This document shows positions 49,173 to 57,810 of a stretch of DNA of 64,000 nt, in pieces. The notes below the pieces were generated by a model, which was not told the DNA's origin, did not search any database, and saw nothing but the letters and a program-made list of their open reading frames with translations. Position numbers and translations under genes: made by a program. Origin of the DNA: a virus; the IMG/VR virus record IMGVR_UViG_3300028581_000026, positions 1-64,000 of that record, one strand, 5' to 3'. Each line of letters starts with the position of its first letter. The first letter of the stretch is position 1.

Positions 49173-50172
49173 TTTTTAAAAATTTTACACACTTTTTAAT
49201 AACCTCATCTTTTTCTTTTCTATACTCAGAATCCCATATCACTAACACATCAAAATTATGTCTATTGGCTAATTTAATCTTAACCTCATCTTTTTTCCAA
49301 ATATCTTCAGATGTTATACTTTTACGGAAAGGATTTGGGGTATCTGTAGTTATAAAAATATTAGGATTTGCATGATAACTATCTCCATTGTATTCAATAA
49401 TTTTTTTATTAAAAGTATCGGTAAAGTCATATCTATAAAACCCTTCATCACCAGTTAATACAAATTCACCACCTTTTTTAGCAAACATAACATAATTCAA
49501 TTCTTCAATATTTTCGTAATATTTTAATAATTCAAAAAACAAATCTTGTGACACTTTTGAATATCCTGATTTTAAATTACCGTTTTTATATAGTGATTGT
49601 TGCCATTTTTTTTGTCTTTCAAAAAATATCTTTTTACCCTCATCTTCCCCATATTTCTCAATACATTTAACTAAACTAAATTTATTTTGGAATTCTGAAA
49701 CTTTATTTTTTGACTCTTCAACTGAAAATCCTTTTTTTATCCAATATTCAACACTTCTTGGTGAGTGTAATTTACCTTCTTTAAGTTTTTTTTCTTGAAA
49801 AAGTTTAACTCCATCTTTTTCACCATATTTTATTATGAATGACCTTTCAGTGTTCATCAAGTGTAATTCTGTTTGAAGTTTAGCATCTTCTAATGAAAAT
49901 CCTCTACTTATCCAATATTCAATTAAATTTGGTTTCATTTCTTTAACTTTCTTTTTCGATTCTTCTTCAGTTAAACCCCTTTGAATCCAATATTTAACAC
50001 TAAATGCAGAACCTTTAGCAATAGTAATTCCCGCATCTTTTAATCTTTTAACAATTGTTGATGTATCAACATTGTATTTTTTGGATATAAAAGTTGTGGA
50101 TTTCATTTCATTGATATATAAATTTATTATATCTTGAATTTGATTTTCCGTAAAATTACACATTTTTCCCAT
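49162..50172 (-). CDS. Free-standing Vsr/PD-(D/E)xK-like homing endonuclease
   Basis: N-terminal HTH, YW(I)xxG(F/L) repeats, KYG repeats, C-terminal YDF...IIEYNGDSYH...KD...VLVIWDSE. Confidence 0.75.
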   Translation of the reverse strand: MGKMCNFTENQIQDIINLYINEMKSTTFISKKYNVDTSTIVKRLKDAGITIAKGSAFSVKYWIQRGLTEEESKKKVKEMKPNLIEYWISRGFSLEDAKLQTELHLMNTERSFIIKYGEKDGVKLFQEKKLKEGKLHSPRSVEYWIKKGFSVEESKNKVSEFQNKFSLVKCIEKYGEDEGKKIFFERQKKWQQSLYKNGNLKSGYSKVSQDLFFELLKYYENIEELNYVMFAKKGGEFVLTGDEGFYRYDFTDTFNKKIIEYNGDSYHANPNIFITTDTPNPFRKSITSEDIWKKDEVKIKLANRHNFDVLVIWDSEYRKEKDEVIKKCVKFLKNEN

Positions 50173-50227
50173 ACCTTTTTAGAAATAAATATACCCATAT
50201 AACTAAAAAGGTAAGGAGTGAATGTAA

Positions 50228-50833
50228 TTATTTTAATTCATTGGGTAAAAACCCTAACTTATTAATTATATAGTCAATATCAAATTCTATTTCAATCTCC
50301 GTATCACCCCTAACGCATTTCCCGCCAAAATTACTAGGCGTTGATTCCACCACCGAGATACCATTACATTTGTCAAAATCTATTTTTTGATTTTGTCCAT
50401 AAGATAAGAAATTGGAGAATTCAATATTTTTGATATACCATTTTTTGAATGGGGTTACATCTTCATCTGATAATAGTCTATTATCAACTATTCTGTCAAG
50501 ATTGAATATTTCATCTGACAATTGATTTTGATTTTTGGTGTCAAGGTATGATTTAACCAATTCATATTGATAATTTTTATCAAGGATATTGAAGGAGACA
50601 TCAACCGATTGATTTGTTGTTTCAACTGATTTTGTCTTGGTTATAACATTGATATTGGTTGAGTTATATTTTTTTTGGAAGTAATGTTTTACACTTTTTA
50701 TTTTTTCTTGTGTGAAGTTTTCGGCATAATCTTCCCAAATAACCTGGATGTATGGATTATCAAATTTGTTGAAATCTATATCTTTTATCATAAAATTGTA
50801 ATTGTATTCTGGTGGTGGATTAAATAAATCCAT
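50228..50833 (-). CDS. sbcC: SbcC/gp46 N-terminal part ending in N-intein
   Basis: WYIKNIEFSNFLSYG...SNFGGK|CVRGDTEIEI; Walker A broken at GGK/T. Confidence 0.9.
   Translation of the reverse strand: MDLFNPPPEYNYNFMIKDIDFNKFDNPYIQVIWEDYAENFTQEKIKSVKHYFQKKYNSTNINVITKTKSVETTNQSVDVSFNILDKNYQYELVKSYLDTKNQNQLSDEIFNLDRIVDNRLLSDEDVTPFKKWYIKNIEFSNFLSYGQNQKIDFDKCNGISVVESTPSNFGGKCVRGDTEIEIEFDIDYIINKLGFLPNELK
50231..50317 (-). mobile_element. Split intein N-terminal half (IntN, 29 aa)
   Basis: Block A CVRGDTEIEI directly after GGK, then stop. Confidence 0.85.
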
Positions 50834-51171
50834 ATTTGTTATTGGATGTTTTGGATTTTATCAAACTTTCGTAAACATTTGTGTTATAAGTAATTGCTAC
50901 CATTCCGTTTCAAATGGAGTTTCGTGATGAAAAACAAAAAGAATTTCCCAACCTTTTCAGGTCATTCCTACCGCAGGTCACTTACAGGAAACGCCCCACA
51001 ACAAGAATTTTATAGGTTTTCAATTTCTGTTTTGACTAATAAAATATCACAAGAGGTTGAACCGTCCCTACCATAGGGATATAATTCATCATATTCATCT
51101 CTTAAACTTAACCACTTAATTTTTAATTCTTTTAATTTTTCCATAAGTTTAATTGTTTTTAAAGTTCGTTA

Positions 51172-51435
51172 TTACCCAGGAAAATCGGTATCAACATCAC
51201 TTTCTCTATTTTCCAATTCACTTGGATCAACGATTGAGAAGCCAAGTTCTTGTCCCCCAATTGAAACCTTCAAATCATTTTCAAGTTGTTCATTTTGGGT
51301 TAATTTTTCTTGGTATTCTTTTAATTTTTGTTCCAACAATTGTGTGTATTGTTTTTGAAACTTTTTCTTCTCAGTAGCAATCTTTTCGTTTCTTTTGGCT
51401 ACTTTCTTTCTGTGTTCTTTAGCTTTTTTTCCCAT
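51172..51435 (-). CDS. Hypothetical basic protein
   Basis: MGKKAKEHRKKVAKRN start. Confidence 0.7.
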   Translation of the reverse strand: MGKKAKEHRKKVAKRNEKIATEKKKFQKQYTQLLEQKLKEYQEKLTQNEQLENDLKVSIGGQELGFSIVDPSELENRESDVDTDFPG

Positions 51436-51444
51436 TTTTTTTAT

Positions 51445-51651
51445 TTATTTAAATTTTTGTATTGAAAACATTTTTTCTCCGTAACATCTTAATGTGTGAA
51501 GAACATCCTTAATTGAGTGATTAACTTTGTAGAACTCATTTGGATTTACGGTTGTAATCATTGTAACATTATCCCCATCTTTATAAACGGAAACTATTTT
51601 ATCCAAATTAATATAAACAGAACTTTCTTCTTGTTTGAATTCGATGAACAT
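51445..51651 (-). CDS. Hypothetical protein (FlbD-like fold possible)
   Basis: VYINLDKIVSV...VNHSIKDV. Confidence 0.6.
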   Translation of the reverse strand: MFIEFKQEESSVYINLDKIVSVYKDGDNVTMITTVNPNEFYKVNHSIKDVLHTLRCYGEKMFSIQKFK

Positions 51652-51652
51652 A

Positions 51653-51886
51653 TTATAATTGTTTTAAAAGTTTAACCCATCCCAATCCATTACAATAAGA
51701 ATATCCAGCTTCTTTAGCCTTCAATCTACATTCATCATTGTCATTTTGGTATTCTTCAGGAGCAAAATTGGATTCCCATTTGATTATGGTATCTTGTCCA
51801 TCCATTTCAGCAACATCTTGATCTGGTGTTAGATAATGAATATCTTTACCACCATTACCTTTCATTGTAAATTCATATACTATCAT
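51653..51886 (-). CDS. Hypothetical protein
   Basis: Start set at ATG 51886 (MIVYEF). Confidence 0.6.
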   Translation of the reverse strand: MIVYEFTMKGNGGKDIHYLTPDQDVAEMDGQDTIIKWESNFAPEEYQNDNDECRLKAKEAGYSYCNGLGWVKLLKQL

Positions 51887-51958
51887 CGTCTTAAATTTTA
51901 ATTGTGATAGATGAATAATAGAAAATTTGGGTGAGATTGTCAAACAAAAATTCCACCT

Positions 51959-52198
51959 TTATTGGGGTGGAATCTCTTTAATTATAACCTCAGATTCGGT
52001 GATAATAACAACCCTGGCACCACACGAAAGGAGGGGTTTATCATTTCCACCATATATAACTTTACTCGGACCTAATATCTCAACTTCATTACAATAGGTA
52101 TTCTTCTTACCTTGTTTTACGGTTATAACAGGTAAGTTTGTTCCTTTTGTTTTATTGGAACGGATGTGATGTTGATTGACATGGATATAGGTTTTCAT
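51959..52198 (-). CDS. Conserved phage protein
   Basis: IHVNQHHIRSN...PVITVK...LSCGARV. Confidence 0.8.
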   Translation of the reverse strand: MKTYIHVNQHHIRSNKTKGTNLPVITVKQGKKNTYCNEVEILGPSKVIYGGNDKPLLSCGARVVIITESEVIIKEIPPQ

Positions 52199-52569
52199 TA
52201 CCAATTACGATCTGTTTTGTTGCGAATAAGTTCAATTTCTTTGATGCGTAATCTTATAGATGTTATTTGTTTGAAGTAGAATTCAATTTCAGAATAAATT
52301 GGCTCAAAATTATAGTGAGACATAAGTCCTTCAGAATAAGTATTTACTGTAGCAACTAAACCTCTTTCATTTTCACCCAAATCAATTACATCTATTTTTA
52401 CAATAGAATCAATCCAATCAGTAATATCTTCATTATATTCATTTGGATTATCATTTTCTTCAATATCCGTTTTAATGGTATTGAGTATTTCATTAATTGT
52501 TTTTTCAACCTTTCTTCTTTGTTTCTCGCTGGTTTGTTCTTCTAATATTTTTCTGATAATATCTCTCAT
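52198..52569 (-). CDS. Hypothetical protein with shared leader
   Basis: MRDIIRKILEEQ; ATATTTAT at 52582-52589. Confidence 0.75.
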   Translation of the reverse strand: MRDIIRKILEEQTSEKQRRKVEKTINEILNTIKTDIEENDNPNEYNEDITDWIDSIVKIDVIDLGENERGLVATVNTYSEGLMSHYNFEPIYSEIEFYFKQITSIRLRIKEIELIRNKTDRNW

Positions 52570-52713
52570 TGTGTTTTAATAATAAATATTGATTAAATCT
52601 TGTTTTTCATCTTTAATACCTTATAGATATGTTCGGTAATATATTGGGTATCACCATTTGGTGCCATAATCAAATATCCATCCTTTAATTCTTTTAATAC
52701 TACAAATTTCATA

Positions 52714-53547
52714 TTATATTTTTATTCGGTTAACAACATCTTTCATTCTCGCAAAGATTTCCATAGCAATAGGAAATGACATCAGAGAGATTAAAAACTG
52801 ATTAATGTAAGCATACATCGCAACAGCTTCACCCTGGGTCATATTAAAATTATAACTAGTAAATATCACCAAGGCTAACACCAAAAAGATACTTTTAACA
52901 ATATTCAACGACGCCCAATTCTTACCCTGTATTGTTGACATACCGACAATAACTTTAGCTCTCCTCTTATAAAATGTTTCAATGGTTGTATCATCATTTG
53001 TTTCCATTGTCTTCGTCTTTTGTTCGTAGTGGGTATGTGAGACTCGTGTGGCTTGAGCAATCTTGTTATAGAATAAATAAACAATCAATGATATTGGTAG
53101 AATACAACTAATGACAACAAATCCTGTTAATGTATGTTGATAAAATATAAAAACCAAACTTCCAACAATATTAATTAATGCCATTACAAAATAATGAATG
53201 TCACTCTCCAAGAAGTTAATCACATAATTGGTTAAATCAGTTCTTGCTATCTTAACGGATGTTTCCGCATCTTTATTGTGTTTAAGGAATCTAAATATAA
53301 TATCATTATACATCTTTGTATAAACCTTGGTATCATATACCATTCTCTTATACATAAAAATATTTTGTAATATATTAATAACCAAAAAAACACCCAACCA
53401 CATATAATTTTTAACCAATAAACCATCAATCGTCTTTCCCAAGATAAAAGGTTCAACCAAAAATAATAGTTGGGCTATTATGATGTATAGATATATAAAC
53501 ATCAAAGAAAATTTATATTCTTTGATGATATTATAGATGTATTTCAT
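52714..53547 (-). CDS. ABC transporter six-TM domain protein (no ATPase)
   Basis: Six hydrophobic segments; LVEPFILGKTIDGL, YDTKVYTKMY. Confidence 0.7.
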   Translation of the reverse strand: MKYIYNIIKEYKFSLMFIYLYIIIAQLLFLVEPFILGKTIDGLLVKNYMWLGVFLVINILQNIFMYKRMVYDTKVYTKMYNDIIFRFLKHNKDAETSVKIARTDLTNYVINFLESDIHYFVMALINIVGSLVFIFYQHTLTGFVVISCILPISLIVYLFYNKIAQATRVSHTHYEQKTKTMETNDDTTIETFYKRRAKVIVGMSTIQGKNWASLNIVKSIFLVLALVIFTSYNFNMTQGEAVAMYAYINQFLISLMSFPIAMEIFARMKDVVNRIKI

Positions 53548-53592
53548 TTTTTAATTAGATAATGGTATTCTTGGAGTAGTGCTTGATAATCT

Positions 53593-53802
53593 TTATCTAG
53601 TTTGTTCATGTATATAACCTCTATTTTCTGTGTATTTGAATAATATTTGATTTTCTTTTAATTCAGGAAATCCGAATGTATAATTTTGTACCATTATGGT
53701 TTTCCAATTTTCACCAGAGTCTTCAGCATTATAAGTGAATTCTCTTGGATTGTCCAAGTTTATTAGAAAAACTGGACGAGTTATTTCAATTATATTTTCC
53801 AT
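53593..53802 (-). CDS. Hypothetical protein
   Basis: ATG directly after the in-frame TAG of the upstream gene. Confidence 0.6.
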   Translation of the reverse strand: MENIIEITRPVFLINLDNPREFTYNAEDSGENWKTIMVQNYTFGFPELKENQILFKYTENRGYIHEQTR

Positions 53803-54021
53803 CTATTTTATTAATTCAATTTGTTTTTTTAACTCATCACATATTTCATATTCTTCGTGTTTAATGAAATATGGTAGTAAATAATTTTCTAATATCTCCA
53901 ATCTTTTATGAGTTTCAAGTCCATCCATTTTGAAATCTGATTTCTTAACATCGTTATATGTCTCCCACATTACTTTGTTTAATAAATCGTAATTACTCAT
54001 ACCACCTTTGTTTAAACTCAT
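53803..54021 (-). CDS. Hypothetical protein with UVR-like EEYExC motif
   Basis: FIKHEEYEICDELKKQI. Confidence 0.6.
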   Translation of the reverse strand: MSLNKGGMSNYDLLNKVMWETYNDVKKSDFKMDGLETHKRLEILENYLLPYFIKHEEYEICDELKKQIELIK

Positions 54022-54856
54022 TTTTTTTGTTATTAAACTCCTCTTCAGTCAATATGATTAATTCATTAGGATCATTGAACATTTCTTCAATGTGGGGTTG
54101 AGTACCAAGCAAATCCCCACTTTCATAAGCTTCCTTTATTTCGGTTACTTCCTCAAGGTATTTTTTATAAGTTTCCATCAATTTATTATTTGGGTTTGGT
54201 GGATTAACGATATAATTGTTTAATAAGTTCCAATCATCCAATAATGTATTTAACACTTCAAAACATAATTCTTGTGTAATTTTACTTCGTTCATAAGATC
54301 CCTTTCTACCTTGAGTTCCAGTTTTGCTTCCCCTTGGTGCTGGTTGGTGGTGACATTCCGTATTCCCATTCTTGCAAACAGGTCTTGGTATCCAAGTATT
54401 ACTATTTGTCCATATATCTGTGGGTTTGGCTCGTTCATCACCATATACGCAATACCAAATGGTATGTCTTGTGAATTCTTGCATCCAGGGCATCTTTCTC
54501 AACATCCCCCTTGGATTTTCAATAAAGAATACCATATTGGGATTTATCTTTAACCATTCCTTTATTAAAGATATAAAATGTTGATTAACGATATCACATT
54601 TCTTGGCATATTCACTTTTGGGTTCAGTTCCGTTTCTATGGTGGGATATTGCCGCAATTGTGTATGTTGTGCAATCTGGGGATGCCCATATAAAGTCCGG
54701 AACGAAGGGAACATCATTTAAGGTTAATTCACCAATATCTTTTGATAAATTAATTCCCTCATATTGTTCCCAATCAACCGAGAATACCTCCATTCCCAAT
54801 GATTCCGCAACCTTTCCTATTGACCTGCTCCCAGCAAATAATTCCAATACTTTCAT
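53993..54856 (-). CDS. DNA (cytosine-5) methyltransferase-like protein
   Basis: VLELFAGS, WASPDC, FIENP, YCVYG...KPTDIW. Confidence 0.85.
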   Translation of the reverse strand: MKVLELFAGSRSIGKVAESLGMEVFSVDWEQYEGINLSKDIGELTLNDVPFVPDFIWASPDCTTYTIAAISHHRNGTEPKSEYAKKCDIVNQHFISLIKEWLKINPNMVFFIENPRGMLRKMPWMQEFTRHTIWYCVYGDERAKPTDIWTNSNTWIPRPVCKNGNTECHHQPAPRGSKTGTQGRKGSYERSKITQELCFEVLNTLLDDWNLLNNYIVNPPNPNNKLMETYKKYLEEVTEIKEAYESGDLLGTQPHIEEMFNDPNELIILTEEEFNNKKNEFKQRWYE

Positions 54857-55203
54857 TGTTTTGGTCTGTTTTCTTCAAAATATTCAACAACCGCATTGAT
54901 TGCCCATACAGCTCCAGATGATAAGATTCCATCAAAGAACCAAGAACCCCATATTGGAATTCCATATAATGTATGAATTGGTGAGAATATTACCAATGAT
55001 AAAAACCATCCTCCGTGAAAACTGAAACACATCGGACAAGATAAAATACCATCAATAAATCTTGGGAAGAATGATAATTTTGAATTTGAATCTCCAGCTT
55101 TCTTAAAGAAATCTCTTAGTCCTTGGAATATACTTCCGTAAACCATAATGTTCATTAATCCATAGGATAAGATGAACCAAGTGATAATTTGAATTGTAAT
55201 CAT
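54853..55203 (-). CDS. DUF1360-like membrane protein
   Basis: IFQGLR...ILSCPMCFSFHGG with TM helices. Confidence 0.7.
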   Translation of the reverse strand: MITIQIITWFILSYGLMNIMVYGSIFQGLRDFFKKAGDSNSKLSFFPRFIDGILSCPMCFSFHGGWFLSLVIFSPIHTLYGIPIWGSWFFDGILSSGAVWAINAVVEYFEENRPKQ

Positions 55204-55212
55204 ATTTGTATA

Positions 55213-55620
55213 TTATTTTTGTATGTTTATTGAAATTTTATATTTTAAACCATTATCACTCATTATATCCCAAGTAATACTTAAATCGTCAGGATTGAAT
55301 AATCTTGGGGATATTACATTATCGTTTCCAAGTTTATTAAGAGAACATTGAATACATTCAACTATTGATTTTGGAATTTCATTTGTTTTTACAAAATTGT
55401 TTATTTCCGCTTCAGTTAGATAAAGTCCGACATTACCATCTTCATCACCAAATGTTTGTCTGAATTTTTCAACTAACCCCATTGGGAGTTCATAATTTTT
55501 TAATGTTGGGTTTGGTTCAGATTTGTCAATGTAGTAGTATATTCCTCCTTGACTTGAAATTGGGGACTTCGTAATACTATCACCTTTAGATACAATATCC
55601 ATAAATCTTTTGGAGTCCAT
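55213..55620 (-). CDS. Hypothetical protein
   Basis: 135-aa ORF. Confidence 0.65.
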   Translation of the reverse strand: MDSKRFMDIVSKGDSITKSPISSQGGIYYYIDKSEPNPTLKNYELPMGLVEKFRQTFGDEDGNVGLYLTEAEINNFVKTNEIPKSIVECIQCSLNKLGNDNVISPRLFNPDDLSITWDIMSDNGLKYKISINIQK

Positions 55621-55649
55621 TAATTTTTATGTTAAATCGTTTTCCATCG

Positions 55650-55946
55650 TTAAATTATATTTGTTTTGTCATTTATTATACAAATTGACTCATCCAACTT
55701 TTCACATATTTGTTTCAATTCTTCGGTCTTGAAGTCATCCAAACAAAACCATTCTCGTTCAATATTATAATGTTTAAATCTGAAATGGAGAGCTTTTTCA
55801 AGTTGGGTGGGGTACTTTGTTTCGTATTCAAGTATAAGGATTAAATTTGGGGAATTCAACTCCTTAAGCCTATTTTTAACCTTTCTTTTTGTATAACCAA
55901 TCTTAACCTGATCTGAGTTATCTTTGATAAAGTAAACAAATCCCAC
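55650..55946 (-). CDS. GIY-YIG/T5orf172-type nuclease
   Basis: FVYFI...VKIGYT...RLKEL...EKALH...REWF. Confidence 0.8.
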   Translation of the reverse strand: MGFVYFIKDNSDQVKIGYTKRKVKNRLKELNSPNLILILEYETKYPTQLEKALHFRFKHYNIEREWFCLDDFKTEELKQICEKLDESICIINDKTNII

Positions 55947-55995
55947 TACTTTTTTATATTAAAATAGTGGGATTATATAAAAGGTAAATATTATG

Positions 55996-56403
55996 TTATT
56001 TATTTTCCAATATGGTGTCAGCGACAATTGAATAGTAGAAGTCAGACAATTCATCATCTTCCATTTCTTTTATATCATCAAACCCTAAAGCATGTAATAA
56101 ATTTGATATATCGTAATAATAGTATGGGATATCAATTGAACTGGGAAGTCCTTGTAACCATTCAATTAATGCTTTCTTTTGCCCATATCTTTTGATTGCC
56201 CAACCATACTCATCCAAAAATACCTCAAAAAGTTGGGTGAATTTGTTATCAACTTTCCTTTTGAAGTCATATCCTTCAAAACTAATTCTATCTTTCAAGA
56301 ATTTTTTTAATTGGTCGTAGGGGTCATCTTCTCTAATCTCATTGATTGTTCTTTTGATTAGTTTGGTTAAATCAGATTCGGTTAATCTTCTAATTCTTTT
56401 CAT
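55996..56403 (-). CDS. Hypothetical protein with shared leader
   Basis: MKRIRRLTESDLTKLIKRTINEI from ATG 56403; ATATTTAT at 56417-56424. Confidence 0.75.
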   Translation of the reverse strand: MKRIRRLTESDLTKLIKRTINEIREDDPYDQLKKFLKDRISFEGYDFKRKVDNKFTQLFEVFLDEYGWAIKRYGQKKALIEWLQGLPSSIDIPYYYYDISNLLHALGFDDIKEMEDDELSDFYYSIVADTILENK

Positions 56404-56423
56404 AATTGTTTTAATTATAAATA

Positions 56424-56999
56424 TCACAAGTTTTGACTTATGTTTGAACCTTTCATATAAACAGCACCAGTATTTGATACCAATTGTTCAATCTTATTAT
56501 TGAGTTCAGTTATTATCTTATCCTTATCACCCATTTCCCTTCTCAATTTCATCAAGGTTTCTTGTAACATAACCATCTTTTCATTTGGTTTTTCAACCTC
56601 CTTGATTACCTCAACCTGGACAATTTTTTCCACTATCTTCTCCACTTCCACCGGTACTTGGACAATTTTTTCTACTATAACCTCATTTGTGGAAAATATT
56701 TTCTGCTCAATTGGGACTTCTTTGATTATTTCAACAATCTTCTCAACCTCTTTAATGACCTCGATTGGGATCTCTTTAATCGTCTCTTTTTCCACATATT
56801 TAATAACCTCAATCGGAATTTCTTTCTCAACATATTCAATAATTTTTTCTGTGTTATTACCAATTAAACCATATCTCTCAATATCATATCCCTTCTTAAA
56901 ACATTTCTGAAAGAACTTATCAACATCTTCAATGTTATTTAACTTACAATAATCAGTTAAATCCTTTTGGTTTTGTTTATTGAGGGTTAGTTTGTTCAT
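56424..56999 (-). CDS. Protein with V/I-E-K-P low-complexity repeats
   Basis: EKIVEIIKEVPIE / VEKIVQVPVEVEK repeats. Confidence 0.75.
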   Translation of the reverse strand: MNKLTLNKQNQKDLTDYCKLNNIEDVDKFFQKCFKKGYDIERYGLIGNNTEKIIEYVEKEIPIEVIKYVEKETIKEIPIEVIKEVEKIVEIIKEVPIEQKIFSTNEVIVEKIVQVPVEVEKIVEKIVQVEVIKEVEKPNEKMVMLQETLMKLRREMGDKDKIITELNNKIEQLVSNTGAVYMKGSNISQNL

Positions 57000-57810
57000 T
57001 ATAGTTATATATTATTATCTCCTGACTATTCTTGGAGTTCTTATTTCTTGCCACCTTCTCATAATCACCTTCCAATATCTTATGATTAAATCCATCATCC
57101 AATAACTTATAAATAATCTCAGACTTCTCGTTGTTCTTATGTTCCCCCAATACACCACTCAACATAAATGAATGACCCATATTGTTTAATTCAACAATAT
57201 AATCATACAACTGACTTTCTTTTGTCTTTGACCAATAAGCATTATATCCCGCCTCAGTATTTGTATATGGGGGATCAATATAAATCATACTGGGATTTTT
57301 GGGTTTAATCTCACTAAAATCCTTGGATATAAAATAAATCTTATCTTTGTGGTTGGAGATATGTCCAACAAATTCATTCACCTTCTTCTCGGTTGAAGCA
57401 TTCCAGGTTCTCTTTCCAAATGTCTGATTAAATTCAAAACTCTTATTGAACCTCATCATATTGTTTGTACAAGATAACATTAATGCCCATAACTTCTCTG
57501 GGGACTTATTGGTATTGAAACTTTTTCTCAATTCCATAAACCCCTCAGAGTCATCCTTATTGACCAATACGGACTTTGTTTTGGTTATGATAGATGTTGA
57601 ATCATTAACCAAATCTTTGTGGATTCCAACCAATTCTTTTATAATGTCATTGACCAATATCTTTTCATATCGGTCAACAACATTGGTATAGACCGAACCT
57701 CCACCACAAAATAAATCAACGAAATATTTCTTGGTGTAATCGAAGTTTGGAATTAGTTGGTCTAATAACTTAAACTTTGAACCGGTGTAATTGAAGGGGG
57801 TATTAACCAT
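56977..57810 (-). CDS. D12-class (Dam-like) N6-adenine DNA methyltransferase
   Basis: PFNYTGSK, VDLFCGGGSV, YIDPPY, EIIIYNY; start ATG 57810. Confidence 0.9.
   Translation of the reverse strand: MVNTPFNYTGSKFKLLDQLIPNFDYTKKYFVDLFCGGGSVYTNVVDRYEKILVNDIIKELVGIHKDLVNDSTSIITKTKSVLVNKDDSEGFMELRKSFNTNKSPEKLWALMLSCTNNMMRFNKSFEFNQTFGKRTWNASTEKKVNEFVGHISNHKDKIYFISKDFSEIKPKNPSMIYIDPPYTNTEAGYNAYWSKTKESQLYDYIVELNNMGHSFMLSGVLGEHKNNEKSEIIYKLLDDGFNHKILEGDYEKVARNKNSKNSQEIIIYNYNEQTNPQ

Noticed and set aside
49162-50228. Group I intron interrupting sbcC
   Set aside because: Only ~55 nt non-coding on one side and an overlap on the other, too little for a ribozyme core; intein motifs explain the break
50894-51076. 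Plus-strand 60-aa ORF
   Set aside because: TTG start, no motif, opposes the local minus-strand operon and overlaps a likely structured element
56424-56999. Mobile or regulatory DNA repeat
   Set aside because: Repetition is only protein-level V/I-E-K low complexity with degenerate DNA
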